NCBI GenBank assembly: GCA_963779415.1
Contig: CAVZYA010000002.1
Span: 640,001 to 704,000, forward strand
Reading direction: 5' to 3'
Length of the DNA: 64,000 bases
DNA from: an uncultured Acidobacteriota bacterium
Lineage (GTDB): Bacteria; Acidobacteriota; Thermoanaerobaculia; UBA5066
Numbering within the stretch: position 1 is the stretch's first letter; every line of letters starts with the position of its first letter. Shown here in pieces: positions 1 through 11,764 of the stretch. Made by a program: the position numbers and the translations under genes. The notes beneath the pieces are model-generated. The model did not search any database and was not told where the DNA came from. It saw only the letters and a program-made list of their open reading frames with translations.

Positions 1-1759
1 CTGGCCGTTCGACCTCAACAGCCGCCTGTACCCGGACGGAATGCCGCCGTGGGACAAGCAGCACATCTTCTCCGTCATGAACAGCGGTGGCCTTGACGCC
101 AACGTCAAGTTCAGCACGATAGCTCTGACTCCGGGTTGGACGCCGCCCCGCATGTGGCCTGCGTTCGCCCCGGAACCCCTCAGTCCAACCAGAACCAAGA
201 GTTCGATCGGGCGGGCTGCGGCCGGACGGCACCCTTCAACTGCTACCAGGACCCGGTACACCGGACTGGCCGGTCCTCTGGCCGGCATCCCGGCGTTCGG
301 AGTGGATCTCAACGCTTCGAACTTCGTCACCTGGCCGGACGCTTCTGTTCCGGGCACCTGGACCATCATCGCGCCCGAGCCCGGCAGCTCGTACTTCGGC
401 GGTGACTTCCTGAACGGCGATTTCTCCAAGCTCTGGGTCGTGGATTACGCGCTGAACCAGCTCAGCACGCTGGACACCACGACCGGCGCGAAAACGGTCG
501 TCGGCCCGATGACTCCAAACTCCGGCGAGTCATGGACCGGTCTCAAGAGCTCCTCGGATGGCAATGTTTACGCCGCGGCCACGACCTGCGCTTCGTCGAC
601 GCTCTACACGGTCGACCCGGCGACAGGCCACGCGACGGCGATCGGTCCGATCACCAACGGCGGGTGCGTCATCGACATCGCCATCAACAACGCAGGCGAG
701 ATCTATGGTGTCGACCTCGTCTCGGACAACCTGCTGAAGATCAACCCCGCCACCGGTGCCGGCACGGTCGTCGGCCCGCTGGGAATAGACGCCAACTACG
801 CACAGGGGATGTCTTTCGAGAAGGACAGCGGAATTCTCTACTGGGCTGCGTTCAACAACGGAGCCTTCCAGGGCGAGCTTCGCACCATCGACACGGCGAC
901 GGGTGCCAGCTTCCTGATTGGTCCCTTCCCCGGCGGTGCCGAGGTGGACGCCTTTGCCATCGCCTCCGGCGGTGGCGTGACGCTCCCGTGGGTCACCCTC
1001 ACTCCGACCGAGGGCGTGGTCCCGGCCAATGGCCAACTCGACATCCTCACCGAGTTCTTCCCTGAGGGTGTGCCGCCGGCCAACTTCGGCCTCTATCGGG
1101 CCCAGGTCAAGTCCACCAACGACACGCCGTCCCCCCTGCCGACGATCTCCGTCTACTTCACCAAGGCCTTCTGGGACGTTCCGCGCGGCTCCTTCGCCGA
1201 TGCCTTCATTCACGGCCTGGCCGGCGCGCGCGTCACGAAAGGCTGCGGCGGCGGGAACTTCTGCCCGAACGACCCCGTCAGCCGTGCCGAGATGGCCATC
1301 ATGGTGGTCCGTGGCATCCACGGTCCTGACTTCGTACCACCCCCCGCTGTCGGAATCTTCGCGGACGTGGTGATCTCCGACACCGACAACACCGCCGACT
1401 ACATCGAGCAGCTCTACACCGACGGCGTCGTCGCCGGCTGCGCAGTCGGCCCCCCGCTTCTCTACTGCCCCAACAGTCTCGTCAACCGTGCCCAGATGGC
1501 CGTCTTCATCTCCGCCGGCATCCTGCTTCCGCCGGTCAATCCTCCGACGGGCTACTTCACGGACATGGCCGGATATCACTGGGCCGATGGCTATGCCGAG
1601 GCTCTCTTCAACGCGGGAATCACCGCAGGGTGCGGCTCCCATATCTTCTGCCCGAGCACCAACATCACCCGTGCTCAGCTCTCCGTGTGGCTTGTGACCG
1701 GACTCGGTATTCCTTACTACACCCACCCGATCGGCCCGGACAAGCCGGCCGGCAAGTAA
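1..1759 (+). CDS. Surface protein (5' partial) with beta-propeller-like region and three Cys-containing SLH repeats
   Basis: The frame is open from the window start. Repeats of the type 'LYTVDPATGHATAIGP' are followed by SLH motifs FWDVPRGSFADAFIHGL..VTKGCGGGNFCPNDPVSRAEMA, GVVAGC..YCPNSLVNRAQMA and GITAGCGSHIFCPSTNITRAQLS. Confidence 0.85.
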   Translation, partial: WPFDLNSRLYPDGMPPWDKQHIFSVMNSGGLDANVKFSTIALTPGWTPPRMWPAFAPEPLSPTRTKSSIGRAAAGRHPSTATRTRYTGLAGPLAGIPAFGVDLNASNFVTWPDASVPGTWTIIAPEPGSSYFGGDFLNGDFSKLWVVDYALNQLSTLDTTTGAKTVVGPMTPNSGESWTGLKSSSDGNVYAAATTCASSTLYTVDPATGHATAIGPITNGGCVIDIAINNAGEIYGVDLVSDNLLKINPATGAGTVVGPLGIDANYAQGMSFEKDSGILYWAAFNNGAFQGELRTIDTATGASFLIGPFPGGAEVDAFAIASGGGVTLPWVTLTPTEGVVPANGQLDILTEFFPEGVPPANFGLYRAQVKSTNDTPSPLPTISVYFTKAFWDVPRGSFADAFIHGLAGARVTKGCGGGNFCPNDPVSRAEMAIMVVRGIHGPDFVPPPAVGIFADVVISDTDNTADYIEQLYTDGVVAGCAVGPPLLYCPNSLVNRAQMAVFISAGILLPPVNPPTGYFTDMAGYHWADGYAEALFNAGITAGCGSHIFCPSTNITRAQLSVWLVTGLGIPYYTHPIGPDKPAGK

Positions 1760-1768
1760 TCTCCAACC

Positions 1769-1794
1769 GACCGGGGGGAGTCGTCCCCCCGGTC
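1769..1794 (+). terminator. GC-rich hairpin after the SLH gene
   Basis: Inverted repeat GACCGGGGGGA..TCCCCCCGGTC with no U-tract. Confidence 0.4.
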
Positions 1795-1809
1795 ATGGGC
1801 TCAACCGAG

Positions 1810-1841
1810 AGCCGGGCGCGCAAGCGCCCGGCTTCTTTTTT
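1810..1841 (+). terminator. Rho-independent terminator
   Basis: AGCCGGGCGC-GCAA-GCGCCCGGCT stem-loop followed by TCTTTTTT. Confidence 0.8.
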
Positions 1842-1890
1842 CGGTGCGCCGGGCAGGGCGTCTCATCTGTCGGGGTACTATCGAACGGAC

Positions 1891-4800
1891 GTGGCTACCG
1901 GATCGCACCGTATCGTCCTTGCCGGGTACTACGGATTCGGGAATGCCGGTGACGAGGCGATTCTGGCGTCTCTTCTCGCGGGACTCCGGAGCCGCGATCC
2001 CGGGATCCGGGCCACCGTCCTGTCGGGGAATCCGGCCGTCACGGTAGCCGCTCACGGAGTCTCCGCCGTGGCGTGGCCGGACATCGAAGGGCTCTCGGAC
2101 GCGATCGAGAACAGCGACATCGTCGTCGTCGGGGGGGGCGGTCTTTTCCACGACTATTGGGGAGTCGACCCGGACACCCTCTTGACGGACCGGGGATGGG
2201 GAATTCCGTCGTACGCGGCGCCCGTCCTGCTCGCGGCCCTTCACGAGACCCCTGCGCTGATCGTCGGCGTCGGGGTCGGCCCGCTCGATTCGTTGGCCGG
2301 CAAGAAGCTGACCCGGCAGATCTGCGAGCTGGCGGAGGGCGTCACCGTCAGGGATGCCGCATCGGCCGAGCTTCTCGCGGCGATCGGCGTCGCCCGGAAC
2401 CGGGTGGAGGTGACGGCCGACCCGGCATTCACGTTCACTCCGACGGCGTCCGATCGGGAGCGGGCCGCGCAGCGGGTGCCCGAGGGAGACGGACCTCTCG
2501 TCGCCCTGGCCCTCCGGGCCTGGGACATCGGCGTGCACTCGCCGCGCTGGGAGGGCGAGGTCGCGGCGGCGGCCGACGATCTTGTCCGGACGGCCGGGGC
2601 GCGGATCCTGTTCGTCCCGTTCCAGGACCTGCCGTCCGCCAAAGGAGAACGACGCCGCCGTCGCGGAGAGAGTCGCGGCGCGGATGACAGCCGGGCACCG
2701 CGCAGAAGTCGTGCGGCCTCCGCTGAGCGCCGGGGAGACGGCCGCTCTTCTCGCCCGGTGCGACGCCGTCGTCGGCATGCGGCTCCACGCCCTGATCTTC
2801 GCCCTGAGCGGAGGGGTTCCGGCGGTGGCCCTTTCCTACGACCCGAAGGTGGAAGCCACGATGTCGGCGCTGGGCCTCGAAGAGGAGACGATTCGGCTGG
2901 CCGACCTCGAGCGGACGTCGCTGGTCTCCGCCGTGACCAGAGTGCTCGAAGGCCGGGAAGAGCTGGGACGACGGCTCGCTCCGCTCCTCGAAAAGGCCCG
3001 GGCGGCGGCGACGAAGAACGTGGACCGGATCTGGGAGCGGCTCGAGCGGCCGACGGTGCGCTCCGCCCCCCGCGCGGGACGGGAACTCTTCGTGAAGGGG
3101 ATCCGGGCGCAGATCCGCGCGATCGCCCTGGCGAGGGCTGCCGCGGAGACGGACCGCTCCCGGATCACCCTACTTGAAAACGCAGTGGCTGAAGCGCAGC
3201 GCCGCGTGGTCGAAGCGGCTGAAGCGCAGCGCCGCACGGCGGAGGACGCCGCCTTGTTTCGGGAACAGCTCGCCATGGCGAAGGCGGAGGCGGCGGAAAC
3301 GCAGCGTCAAATAGCCGATTCGGCGGCTGAAGTGGAACAGGTCAGGGCGGGGGCGGCCGTCCTGGAGCGCGAGAACCTGCGGCTGATCGAGTCCCTGGAC
3401 AGTGCCCGCCGCGAGGTCCAGGCCTGGAAGGCGGCCCACGACGACGCCCGACACTCCCTGGAGGGGGTCCGTGAAGAGTTGAGCCGCTGGCACGCCTCGC
3501 GCCTCTTCCGGACGGGAACTCTCTACTGGCGCCTCCGGGGAATGCTGACGGGCCGGTCGTCGGGGTCGGCTCCGGCCGTGGGGACGAACCCGGCGGAGCG
3601 GTCCCGCGACGTTCCGGACCCGGCCCCGGCGTCTCTCGCGGCCGGTTCGGAGCCGCAGCCCCCGTCCGAGCCGGCCTGGCGTCCGGAGCGCCCGAGCGGC
3701 GTCGAATCCCTGCCCCGAGGGACGTACGACGTCATCGTCTTTTCGATCATCGACTGGGAATTCCGCTTCCAGCGTCCGCAACAGCTTGCAAGTCAGTTCG
3801 GACGGAAGGGGCACCGGGTCCTCTACGTCTCGTGTTCCCGGTTCCTGCCGGACGGAGGCCCGGCCTGGCAGACGGTCCGGCAGGCGGAGAACGTCGCCGA
3901 GGTGCGGATCCGGTCGGCCCGGGCTCTCGACATCTACGGGGGAAAGCTGGAAGGGCGGGACCTCGACGTTCTCGAGGAGGCGTTCTCGGTCCTGGCGCGG
4001 GACCTCGCAATCGCCGACGCCGTTTGCAAGGTGGACATTCCATTCTGGACTCCGCTCGTCCTGCGGCTTCGGGAGCGATTCGGGTGGCGCGTGGTCTATG
4101 ACTGCATGGACGAATGGAACAACTTCCCCGGATTCAAGGAGCCGGTCCTTGCGGCCGAAGCGACGCTCGTCCGCGACGCGGACGTGACCCTCGTCTCCGC
4201 CGACCGGCTGCTGGCGAAGTGGAGCGAGCACGACACGGCCCTTGATGGTGCGCAACGCCGTGGACCTCGATCACTACACCCGGCTCTACGGTCCGAACGA
4301 TCTCCTCGGGAAGGTTTCGCATCCGGTCATCGGCTATTACGGCGCTCTCGCGTCGTGGGTCGACGTCCCGTTGCTCAAGAAGGTGGCCGAGACCTTTCCG
4401 GACGGGACCATCGTCCTCGCGGGAGGCCACTTCGACGTCGATCTCGGCCCGATCGCTTCGACTCGAGAACGTTCGCCTCCTCGGGCAGCGGCCCTACGAG
4501 GAGATGCCGCTCCTTCTCTGGCACTTCGATGCCTGCATCATTCCGTTCCTCGTGAACGACATCACCGAGGCGACGAACCCCGTGAAGTTCTACGAGTACA
4601 TCTCGCAGGGGAAGCCGGTGGTCGTTCCCGACCTCACGGAGCTGCGCCCGTTCTCGGAAGTCTGCTACCTCGCGCGGGACCACGACGACTTCGTCGCGAA
4701 GCTCCGCCTCGCCCTGGCGGAGGCGCCGGACGACCCGCGGCGGAAAAAGAGGCAGGAACTCGCCGCGGAGAACGACTGGTCGGCCCGCGCGGAGACGATC

Positions 4801-5616
4801 GACCGCGCCGTCCGGGAGTCCTTCCCGCTCGTCTCGGTCGTCGTCGTCACGTACGGAGGGCTGGAGCTGACGAAGGAATGCCTCCGGTCGCTTCTCTTCG
4901 CGGAGACGTGGCCCCGTCTGGAAGTGATCGTCGTCGACAACGGCTCGTCGGACGGGACACCGGCGTTCCTCCGGGAGTTCGCCGGGACGGATGCGCGGAT
5001 GAAGACGATCCTCAACGCCACGAACCGCGGCTTTGCAGCGGCCAACAACCAGGGGATCGCCATGTCGGCTGGGGAGATCGTCGTCCTTCTCAACAACGAC
5101 ACGGTCGTCCCGCAGGGCCTGATGGGACGCCTCGTGGCCCACCTCAAGCGGGACGCCGGGCTCGGGATGGTCTGCCCGACGACGAACTTCTGCGGAAACG
5201 AGGCCAAGGTCGACCCGGACTACTCGGACATTTCCGGCCTGCCCGCATTCGCGGCGAAGCGGGCGGCGGAATACTCCGGAGTGGTCTTCGACATCCCGAT
5301 CGCCGCGATGTACTGCGTCGCGCTCCGTCGCGAGGTCCTGGAGAAGGTCGGGCCGCTCGACGAGGCGTTCGGCATCGGGATGTTCGAGGACGACGACTAC
5401 GCCCTCAGGATCCGGGAGGCCGGGCTTCGGGTCGTCTGCGCGGAGGACGCGTACGTCCACCACGTCGGACAGGGATCTTTCCGGAAACTCCCTCGCGAGG
5501 AGTACGAGAAGCTCTGGCGCGAGAACCGCGAAAAGTTCGAGCGGAAATGGGGACGGCCCTGGAAGCCGCACCGTGTCCGGGAAGGAGCCTCTCCGGTCGT
5601 CTCGAGGATAGAGTGA
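1891..5616 (+). CDS. Multidomain polysaccharide pyruvyltransferase (CsaB-like) / coiled-coil / GT4 / GT2 fusion, interrupted by 3 frameshifts (~2641, ~4240, ~4465)
   Basis: GYYGFGNAGDEAIL, VGGGGLFHD, GVGVGPL, VTADPAF and VVGMRLHALIFA are PS pyruvyltransferase motifs. An Ala/Glu/Arg-rich helical linker follows, then GT4-like motifs (IDWEFRFQRPQQLA, YDCMDEW, IGYYGALASWVD, TNPVKFYEY) and GT2 motifs (VSVVVVTY, VVDNGSSDGT, LLNNDT, FEDDDY). The ORFs 1630, 2582, 4242 and 4504 join by single-base shifts. Confidence 0.8.
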
Positions 5617-5689
5617 GCCGCGGCGTACCGGTCACGCACGAGGCGGGCCCGGGCAGGAGGGCGTCCGACGTCCGCAGAGCCGGCTGGGC

Positions 5690-6883
5690 ATGAAGGACGT
5701 CCGGTACCTGATCCTCGGCGCCGGCCCGAGCGGGCTGGCTTTCGCCAGCACCCTCAAGGACCGTGGGGAGACGTCGTTCCTGGTCCTCGAGAAGGAGGAG
5801 GTCCCGGGGGGCCTCTGCCGAAGCAAGGTCGTCGACGGAGCCCCCCTCGACATCGGAGGCGGGCACTTCCTCGACGTGGCGCGCCCGCATGTTCTGAAGT
5901 TTCTTTTTCGCTTTCTTCCGGAGAGCGAATGGCAGGGGCACACCCGCCGGGCCCGGATCCGCCTGCGCGGGCGGGAGATCGATCACCCGATAGAGGCCAA
6001 CCTCTGGCAGCTTCCGCTCGATGCCCAGGTCGACTACCTCGAGTCGATAGCCGCCTCCGGCTCGGTGCGCGGTCTGCCGGAGCCGGAGGCGTTTGGCGAG
6101 TGGATCGCGTGGAAGCTCGGCTCGCGGATCGCGGGCGACTACATGCTCCCGTACAACGAGAAGCTCTTCGGATGCCCTCTCGCCGAGTTGGGAACGTACT
6201 GGCTCGAGAAGCTCCCGAGCGTCTCGTTTCGGGAGACGCTTCGCTCCTGCCTCGAGCGGAAGGCCTTCGGGACGCTGGCGGCCCATGGCCGGTTCCTCTA
6301 CCCGCGGAGCGGCGGGTACGGAGAGGTCTGGGCGCGGATGGGAGAGGCCCTCGGGGAGCGCCTCCTGACCGGTACGCCTTCCCGGGAGATCGACGTCGAA
6401 CGAAGGGTGGTGAACGGCCGCTACCGGGCGGAGACGATCGTGTCGAGCATCGCGTGGCCGCTCTGGCCCGGACTGACGAACTTGCCCCCGGAAGTCGGCG
6501 CGGCGATCAACCAACTGAGGCACGCATCCATCGACGTCACTTACCTCCCGGAGACCGTCGAGACCGACGCACACTGGATCTACGAGCCGGACCCGGAAGT
6601 TCCGCACCATCGCCTCCTTCCGCGTCCGAACTTTCTTGCCGGTTCCCGAGGGCATTGGACGGAAGCGAATGCCACCCGAAGCGTGCCCACCGCCTCGTTC
6701 CGTCACCACAACGCCTTCGCCTATCCCGTGAACACGCTGGGGAAGCGGGAAGCGATGGGAACGATTCTCGGGTGGGCACGGGCCCGGTCGATCGTCCCGA
6801 TCGGCCGCTGGGGCCTCTGGGAACACATGAACTCGGATGTCGCCGTCGCGAGGGCGATGGCGGCCGCAGAGGCATCGTGCTAG
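5690..6883 (+). CDS. FAD-dependent oxidoreductase (protoporphyrinogen oxidase / UDP-galactopyranose mutase-like family)
   Basis: GAGPSG dinucleotide-binding motif, GGLCRS, DIGGGHF, PYNEKL, FLYPRSGGYG, C-terminal GRWGLWEHMNSD. Lies in a glycan operon. Confidence 0.75.
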   Translation: MKDVRYLILGAGPSGLAFASTLKDRGETSFLVLEKEEVPGGLCRSKVVDGAPLDIGGGHFLDVARPHVLKFLFRFLPESEWQGHTRRARIRLRGREIDHPIEANLWQLPLDAQVDYLESIAASGSVRGLPEPEAFGEWIAWKLGSRIAGDYMLPYNEKLFGCPLAELGTYWLEKLPSVSFRETLRSCLERKAFGTLAAHGRFLYPRSGGYGEVWARMGEALGERLLTGTPSREIDVERRVVNGRYRAETIVSSIAWPLWPGLTNLPPEVGAAINQLRHASIDVTYLPETVETDAHWIYEPDPEVPHHRLLPRPNFLAGSRGHWTEANATRSVPTASFRHHNAFAYPVNTLGKREAMGTILGWARARSIVPIGRWGLWEHMNSDVAVARAMAAAEASC

Positions 6884-6932
6884 GCGGTTCGGATGTCGCT
6901 TTCGGCGCGGATGCCGCGGGAAGGGCTCGACC

Positions 6933-9195
6933 GTGAGGCTGGCGCTCTGTCTCCTGACCTGGAACGAAGTCGAGGGGTGCCGGCGGGACGTTCCCCGGCT
7001 CGACCGGTCGGCGTTCGAGGAGCTCTTCGCCATCGACGGGGGAAGCCGCGACGGAACGGTGGAGTATCTCGAAGGGGAGGGGATCCCCGTCTACCGGCAG
7101 AGCGAGCCGGGCCTCAATGCCGCCTACCACGACGCGATCGAGCGGACGACCTGCGACGCCCTCGTCGTTTTTCCTCCGAAGGGAACGATCGACCCGTCCG
7201 CAACGCTCGCTTTCCGAAAGCTGTTCGAGGGGGGCGCGGACCTGGTCGTTGCGGGCCGCTCGCTTCCAGGCGGGAGGACCGAGGAGGACGACCGGTTCAT
7301 CAAGCCGAGGAAGTGGGGCGTCGCCTGGCTCAGCCTCTTCACGTCGCTCGTCTGGCGCGGGGAGGGCCCGCGCATCCGCGACGTCCTCCATGGTTTTCGC
7401 GGGTTCAAGGTCGATGCCTTCCGGAAAATGGCTCCCTTGAGGACCGGATTGTCGATCGACCTGGAGACGGTCGTCCGTGCCTACCGCCTTGGTCTGCGCC
7501 GATGCGAATTCCCGGTGATCGAGAGGCCGAGGAGCTTACGGCGAGACGCACTTCCCCATCGCCCGGACGGCCAAGAAGCTCGCGGCGTACCTCGTGGAGG
7601 AGATTCGCCGGACGGACCCGAGAAGTACCGAGGCAGTGCCTGCAATCACCCGAGGTCCCGCGAACGACGAGGAGCCTCCGAAACAGGCCCCGGCGGGGGC
7701 CGCCGCGCTGGGACCTCGCGCCACGTGGTCGTTCTTTCTCGGAGTGTTCCTGACCCTTCTCTCGCTGTCGCCTGGCTCCATCAGTGGAATGGGCTACACG
7801 ATCGCGAACATGAAAGCGGCGAACCAGATCCTCGCGAAGCTGGGAATGACCTCGGCGGGCCCGGCCGCTGCGGCCTTCGAGATCCCCCTGCACGGCGTCC
7901 TCGAGGTGGGGTTGGAGCTGCCCTTCATGGCGATCGGGCATTTGACCACCCCCATCTGGATCGGTCCGGAGAGAGCCCTGTCCGCCCAGCCGGTCTTGTT
8001 CACGGCCCTGCTGGGAACGCTGGCCTTCGTCTGGGCGTTTCGGCTGGCGGGCAGTCGGGTCTGGGCACTCGTCATCGGTCTGTCGGCGGTCTTCGCGACG
8101 GTTCTCTGGCCCTACGCCTACATCGGTCTCGAGACGTCGCAGTCGTTGTGCCTGATCGCGGCGGCCTACATCGCCCTCGAAAGCGGTCCCCACGCCTCGT
8201 GGTCGCGTACGCTGGCGGTCGCCGTCGTCGGAGGGCTCGCGGTCAGCCTGAAGATCAACGGCATCTTCCTCGTGCCCGCGGTCGCCTTCGCCGTCTTCCG
8301 CTTCGTCTGGTCGGGGTCGAGCCGCGGCCGGAGCGCGAAGGTGGCCGTGATCACGACCCTGATGGCGGCGTTCTTCGTTGGAAACGTCCTGTTGCGGAAC
8401 AAGTTCTGGGCCAGACACGGCGGTAACTTTGAGGTGTTCAAGGGCTGGAGCGTCGACGGCCCGGTGACGTGGGCTCTCGTGATGGCGTCCCTCCTCTTCT
8501 CCGTGAACAAGGGGTTCTTCGTCTTCTCGCCGATCTGCGGGGTCGGGATGGCGGGACTTCGTCGGGCGATCGCGGTTCGAAAGGACGTGGCCGTCTTCGT
8601 TCTTCTGGCGCTTGCGGGCCCCCTCGCGGGAATGTCGTTCTTCGTGAACTGGGCGGACGAGACGTGGGGCGCGCGGTACCTTCACGGGGCGGTCGTTCCA
8701 GTTCTGTTGCTTCTCGCCGCCTCGCGCGCGGGGCAGCCGTTCAGGCCAAGGAGGGAGTGGCCGCTCATCTCCGCCATTGTCATCGGGGTCTCGATTTCGT
8801 TCCTCGGGTGCTTCGCGTACTACGGGAGTGTCAAGTCTGCCGCGGGGCGGACGAAGAGCTCGACGCTCGAGAACCTCGTCTACAACCTCGAGTTCAATCA
8901 GATTCGCTTCAACGCGAAACTGTTCTCGTTATGGGTGAGACGGCTTGCTGGACGCGGCGTCGCACCGGAGCCCTGGGTGCCGGCGGTGCACTGGTGGTAC
9001 GAGCGGCCGGCCGACATGAAGGTCCTCGAACCGGTTGAGATTGCGCCGTCTTTCGTACCTCAGCCGATTCTCTTTCGCGACCTCGGGCCGCATCCAATCA
9101 CGCCCGCGCGGGTGATCTGGTCGGCGTACTTCCTCTTCCTGTGCGGGGGTGTATGGCTTCTGGTCGGGCTGAGCCGGACCCTACTGAAGGAATGA
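6933..9195 (+). CDS. GT2 (polyprenol-phosphate glycosyltransferase-like) domain fused to a multi-TM GT-C-like membrane domain; frameshift ~7535
   Basis: LTWNE, IDGGSRDGT, DVLHGFRGF, EFPVIERPR. After a one-base shift the sequence reads YGETHFPIARTAKKLAAYLVEE in frame with the 7594-9195 hydrophobic ORF (NKGFFVFSP, WGARYL). Confidence 0.7.
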
Positions 9196-9204
9196 CCGGC
9201 GGCG

Positions 9205-11764
9205 ATGGCGATGTCGCCTGTGCGGCTCCGCGCCGGGGGCTTCACCTTCGGTCGGACTTCGATGCGTAAAGACCAGAGACCCCGAGGAACGGACAGAACT
9301 CCACGGAAGGATCCGGCCGTGACGGGCAGCCCGGACGAAGGAATGCGGCCGAACGGCGCGCGGCAGGCGGGGCTCGTTCTGGCGGCGCTGCTGGCCGTCC
9401 TTGTAGTCACGAACTTCAATATCGTCTTCCTCGGGCAGACGCTCGTCGCCAGCGCCAACCACCCGCCGTTCGATGACCGCACCACTCACCTCCGGCCAAC
9501 CCGCGGCGTGAGATTCGCGAATGCCAACTGGCACGACCTCGGCGGAACCTGGTGGCAATGGGAACCCGCCGGGGTCGCGGTCTCCGACGCTTTTCGGCGG
9601 GGGGAAGTTCCACTGTGGGACCCGACGATCGCGGGCGGTGTGGACGCGCACGCGAGCCTCTTTCCGAGCCAGTACTTTCCGCCCTATCTACCGGTGCTGC
9701 TGCTTGGCGACACTCCGGCACTGCGGGATGCCTACTACCTGGCGATCATTCTCGCGTCGGGACTGGCCATGGCAGGGCTGCTGCTTCGCAACCGCTTTCT
9801 GCCGGCCTCGGCGGCCGCAGGCGGGGTCGCGTACATGCTGTGCGGGGCCGTGATACAGACGGCCAACTCCAACCTGGGCCAGGCGACGGCCATGCTGCCT
9901 TTGATGCTGCTGGTCACGGACTGGCTCCTGGAGCGCCCCTCGGGGCCGCGTTTCGCCGCGACCGCAGCGGTTGTCGGGGCCAGCGCACTTGCAGGCTTTC
10001 TTCCGGTCGTCTTCTCGGGTTTCCTGCTGGTCGCGCTGCTGGCGGTGGCACACGCCGTGATCCCGGCGAACGCAGGCGAGAGCGGGCGCCGGCGAGGTGC
10101 GGCGACGGCTCGGTCCCTTGGCGATGGCTGCCGGGGCGGGGCTCCTCGGTCTCGCCCTTGCGGCGTTCCTCATCGTGCCGGCGGAGAAAGCCTCGGCGGC
10201 GTCGGCTGAGTTTCTCGGGTGGTACACCGGCCTCGGCCGCCAGGCTTACTCCGCGAACGAGTTCCTCACCCTTGTCTCACCGCTCCTGAGCTGGGACGTC
10301 AACCAAACCCAGGTGGTAACGAGCACACTCTTTCCGCCCCTGAATTCGTGGCAGGCACATCTTTTCCACGTGGGCCTCGTCGTGCTGCTCCTGGCCTCTT
10401 TGGCGAGACCGCTCGAGCGGCCAGCCTATCGCCGGTTGTTCCTCGCGTTCGGGTTGATTTCAGGGGTTGTCTTCGCGAAGCTCTTCGGGCTGCCCCCTGT
10501 GCAGTGGCTGGCCGATCTGCCGGTGCTTCGCTACACGCACTTCATTCCGTACTTCTGCGGCGCGCTCGCGGTCGGTCTCGCCGGCCTCGCGGCCTGCGGC
10601 GTCGAGTCGATCGTCTGTCGCGTTCCTCGCCGAAATGATCTTCTTGGGGGCGCTGCTGTCGTATTCGTCGTCCTGGGAAGTCTGGTTTTGTTCGCCCTTG
10701 CCCGAGGCTTCAATCGTTCCGCCGCTGGCGCGCAGTACCTGCGCTGGGCCCTGGAGCTGGACCGGGTCGTCGCGGCAGCCGTGGGAATCCTGGTGCTGGT
10801 GTGGTTGCGTCGGCAGGGCCTGCTCTCCGGGAAGAAGGCCGGCCTCGTGGCGGTGGGACTGCTCGTCCTCGAGCTGGGGCCGCTCGCCTACCACGGACGC
10901 TACGGCCGCGCCGACGTCTGGCGCGAGGTGCCGGAGTACGTCCGGTTTCTGCAACGCGACAAGGAGCTTTTCCGCATTCACAGCGTTCAAGACGTTGCCC
11001 TCACCCCCAACGTCTTTCAGGCCATGGGGATTCAGGGAATCGGCTCGCGGGCGGTCTTCAATCCGTCGCGATTCAGCTCGCTCGTCAAGTCGTACTTCGA
11101 CGACCGCCCGAGTTCCTCCTTCATCCTGCCGACCCAGCTTCTGCCCACGGACCGCGTCGTCCTCGATCTGCTGAACGTCAAATATGTCGTCTTACACGCT
11201 CCCACGGCGGAACAGCGAGCCGAGCTCGCGGCGGCCCGTCTCGAGGAAGCGTCGTCCGATGGGAAGTTCGTGATTTTTCGCAATCCGACCTGCTGGCCCA
11301 GGGCATACGTGGCCCGCCGATACAGGGTGGTTGGCAGTGCTACGGAGGCTCTGGCCAATTTGGCTACGCTGAAGGGCCCCGACGAGGTCATTCTGGAGGC
11401 GCGACCGGGCTTCGACTCGGGTGCCGGAGGGGCGTCGGAAGACGGGACGTGTCGGATCTCGGAGTACCGTGCGGACACCGTTACGCTGGAGGTCGATTCG
11501 CCCGGGCCTGCGATTGCGGTTCTCCTGGATAGTTTTGCGCCGGGCTGGACGGCAAGAGTGAATGGTGTGCCAGCTCCCATCGTACCTGCCAACGGTGCGT
11601 TCCGGGGCGTCGAGGTTGCGGCGGGACGCTCCGTCGTGACGATGCAATACCGTACGCCCGGACTTGACCTCGGACTGGCGATCTCCGGGCTTGCTCTGGC
11701 GGCGATGGCATTGTGCCTAGTTCCCGCGGTGCGTCGAGTCCGTCGGGGCGGTCCCGTCCGGTGA
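9205..11764 (+). CDS. YfhO-family membrane glycosyltransferase (GT-C); frameshift ~10095; start uncertain (9205-9343)
   Basis: GEVPLWDPTIAGG, many TM segments, LDLLNVKYVV, PRAY, PGWTARVNG..ANGAFRGVEV..G. Confidence 0.75.
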
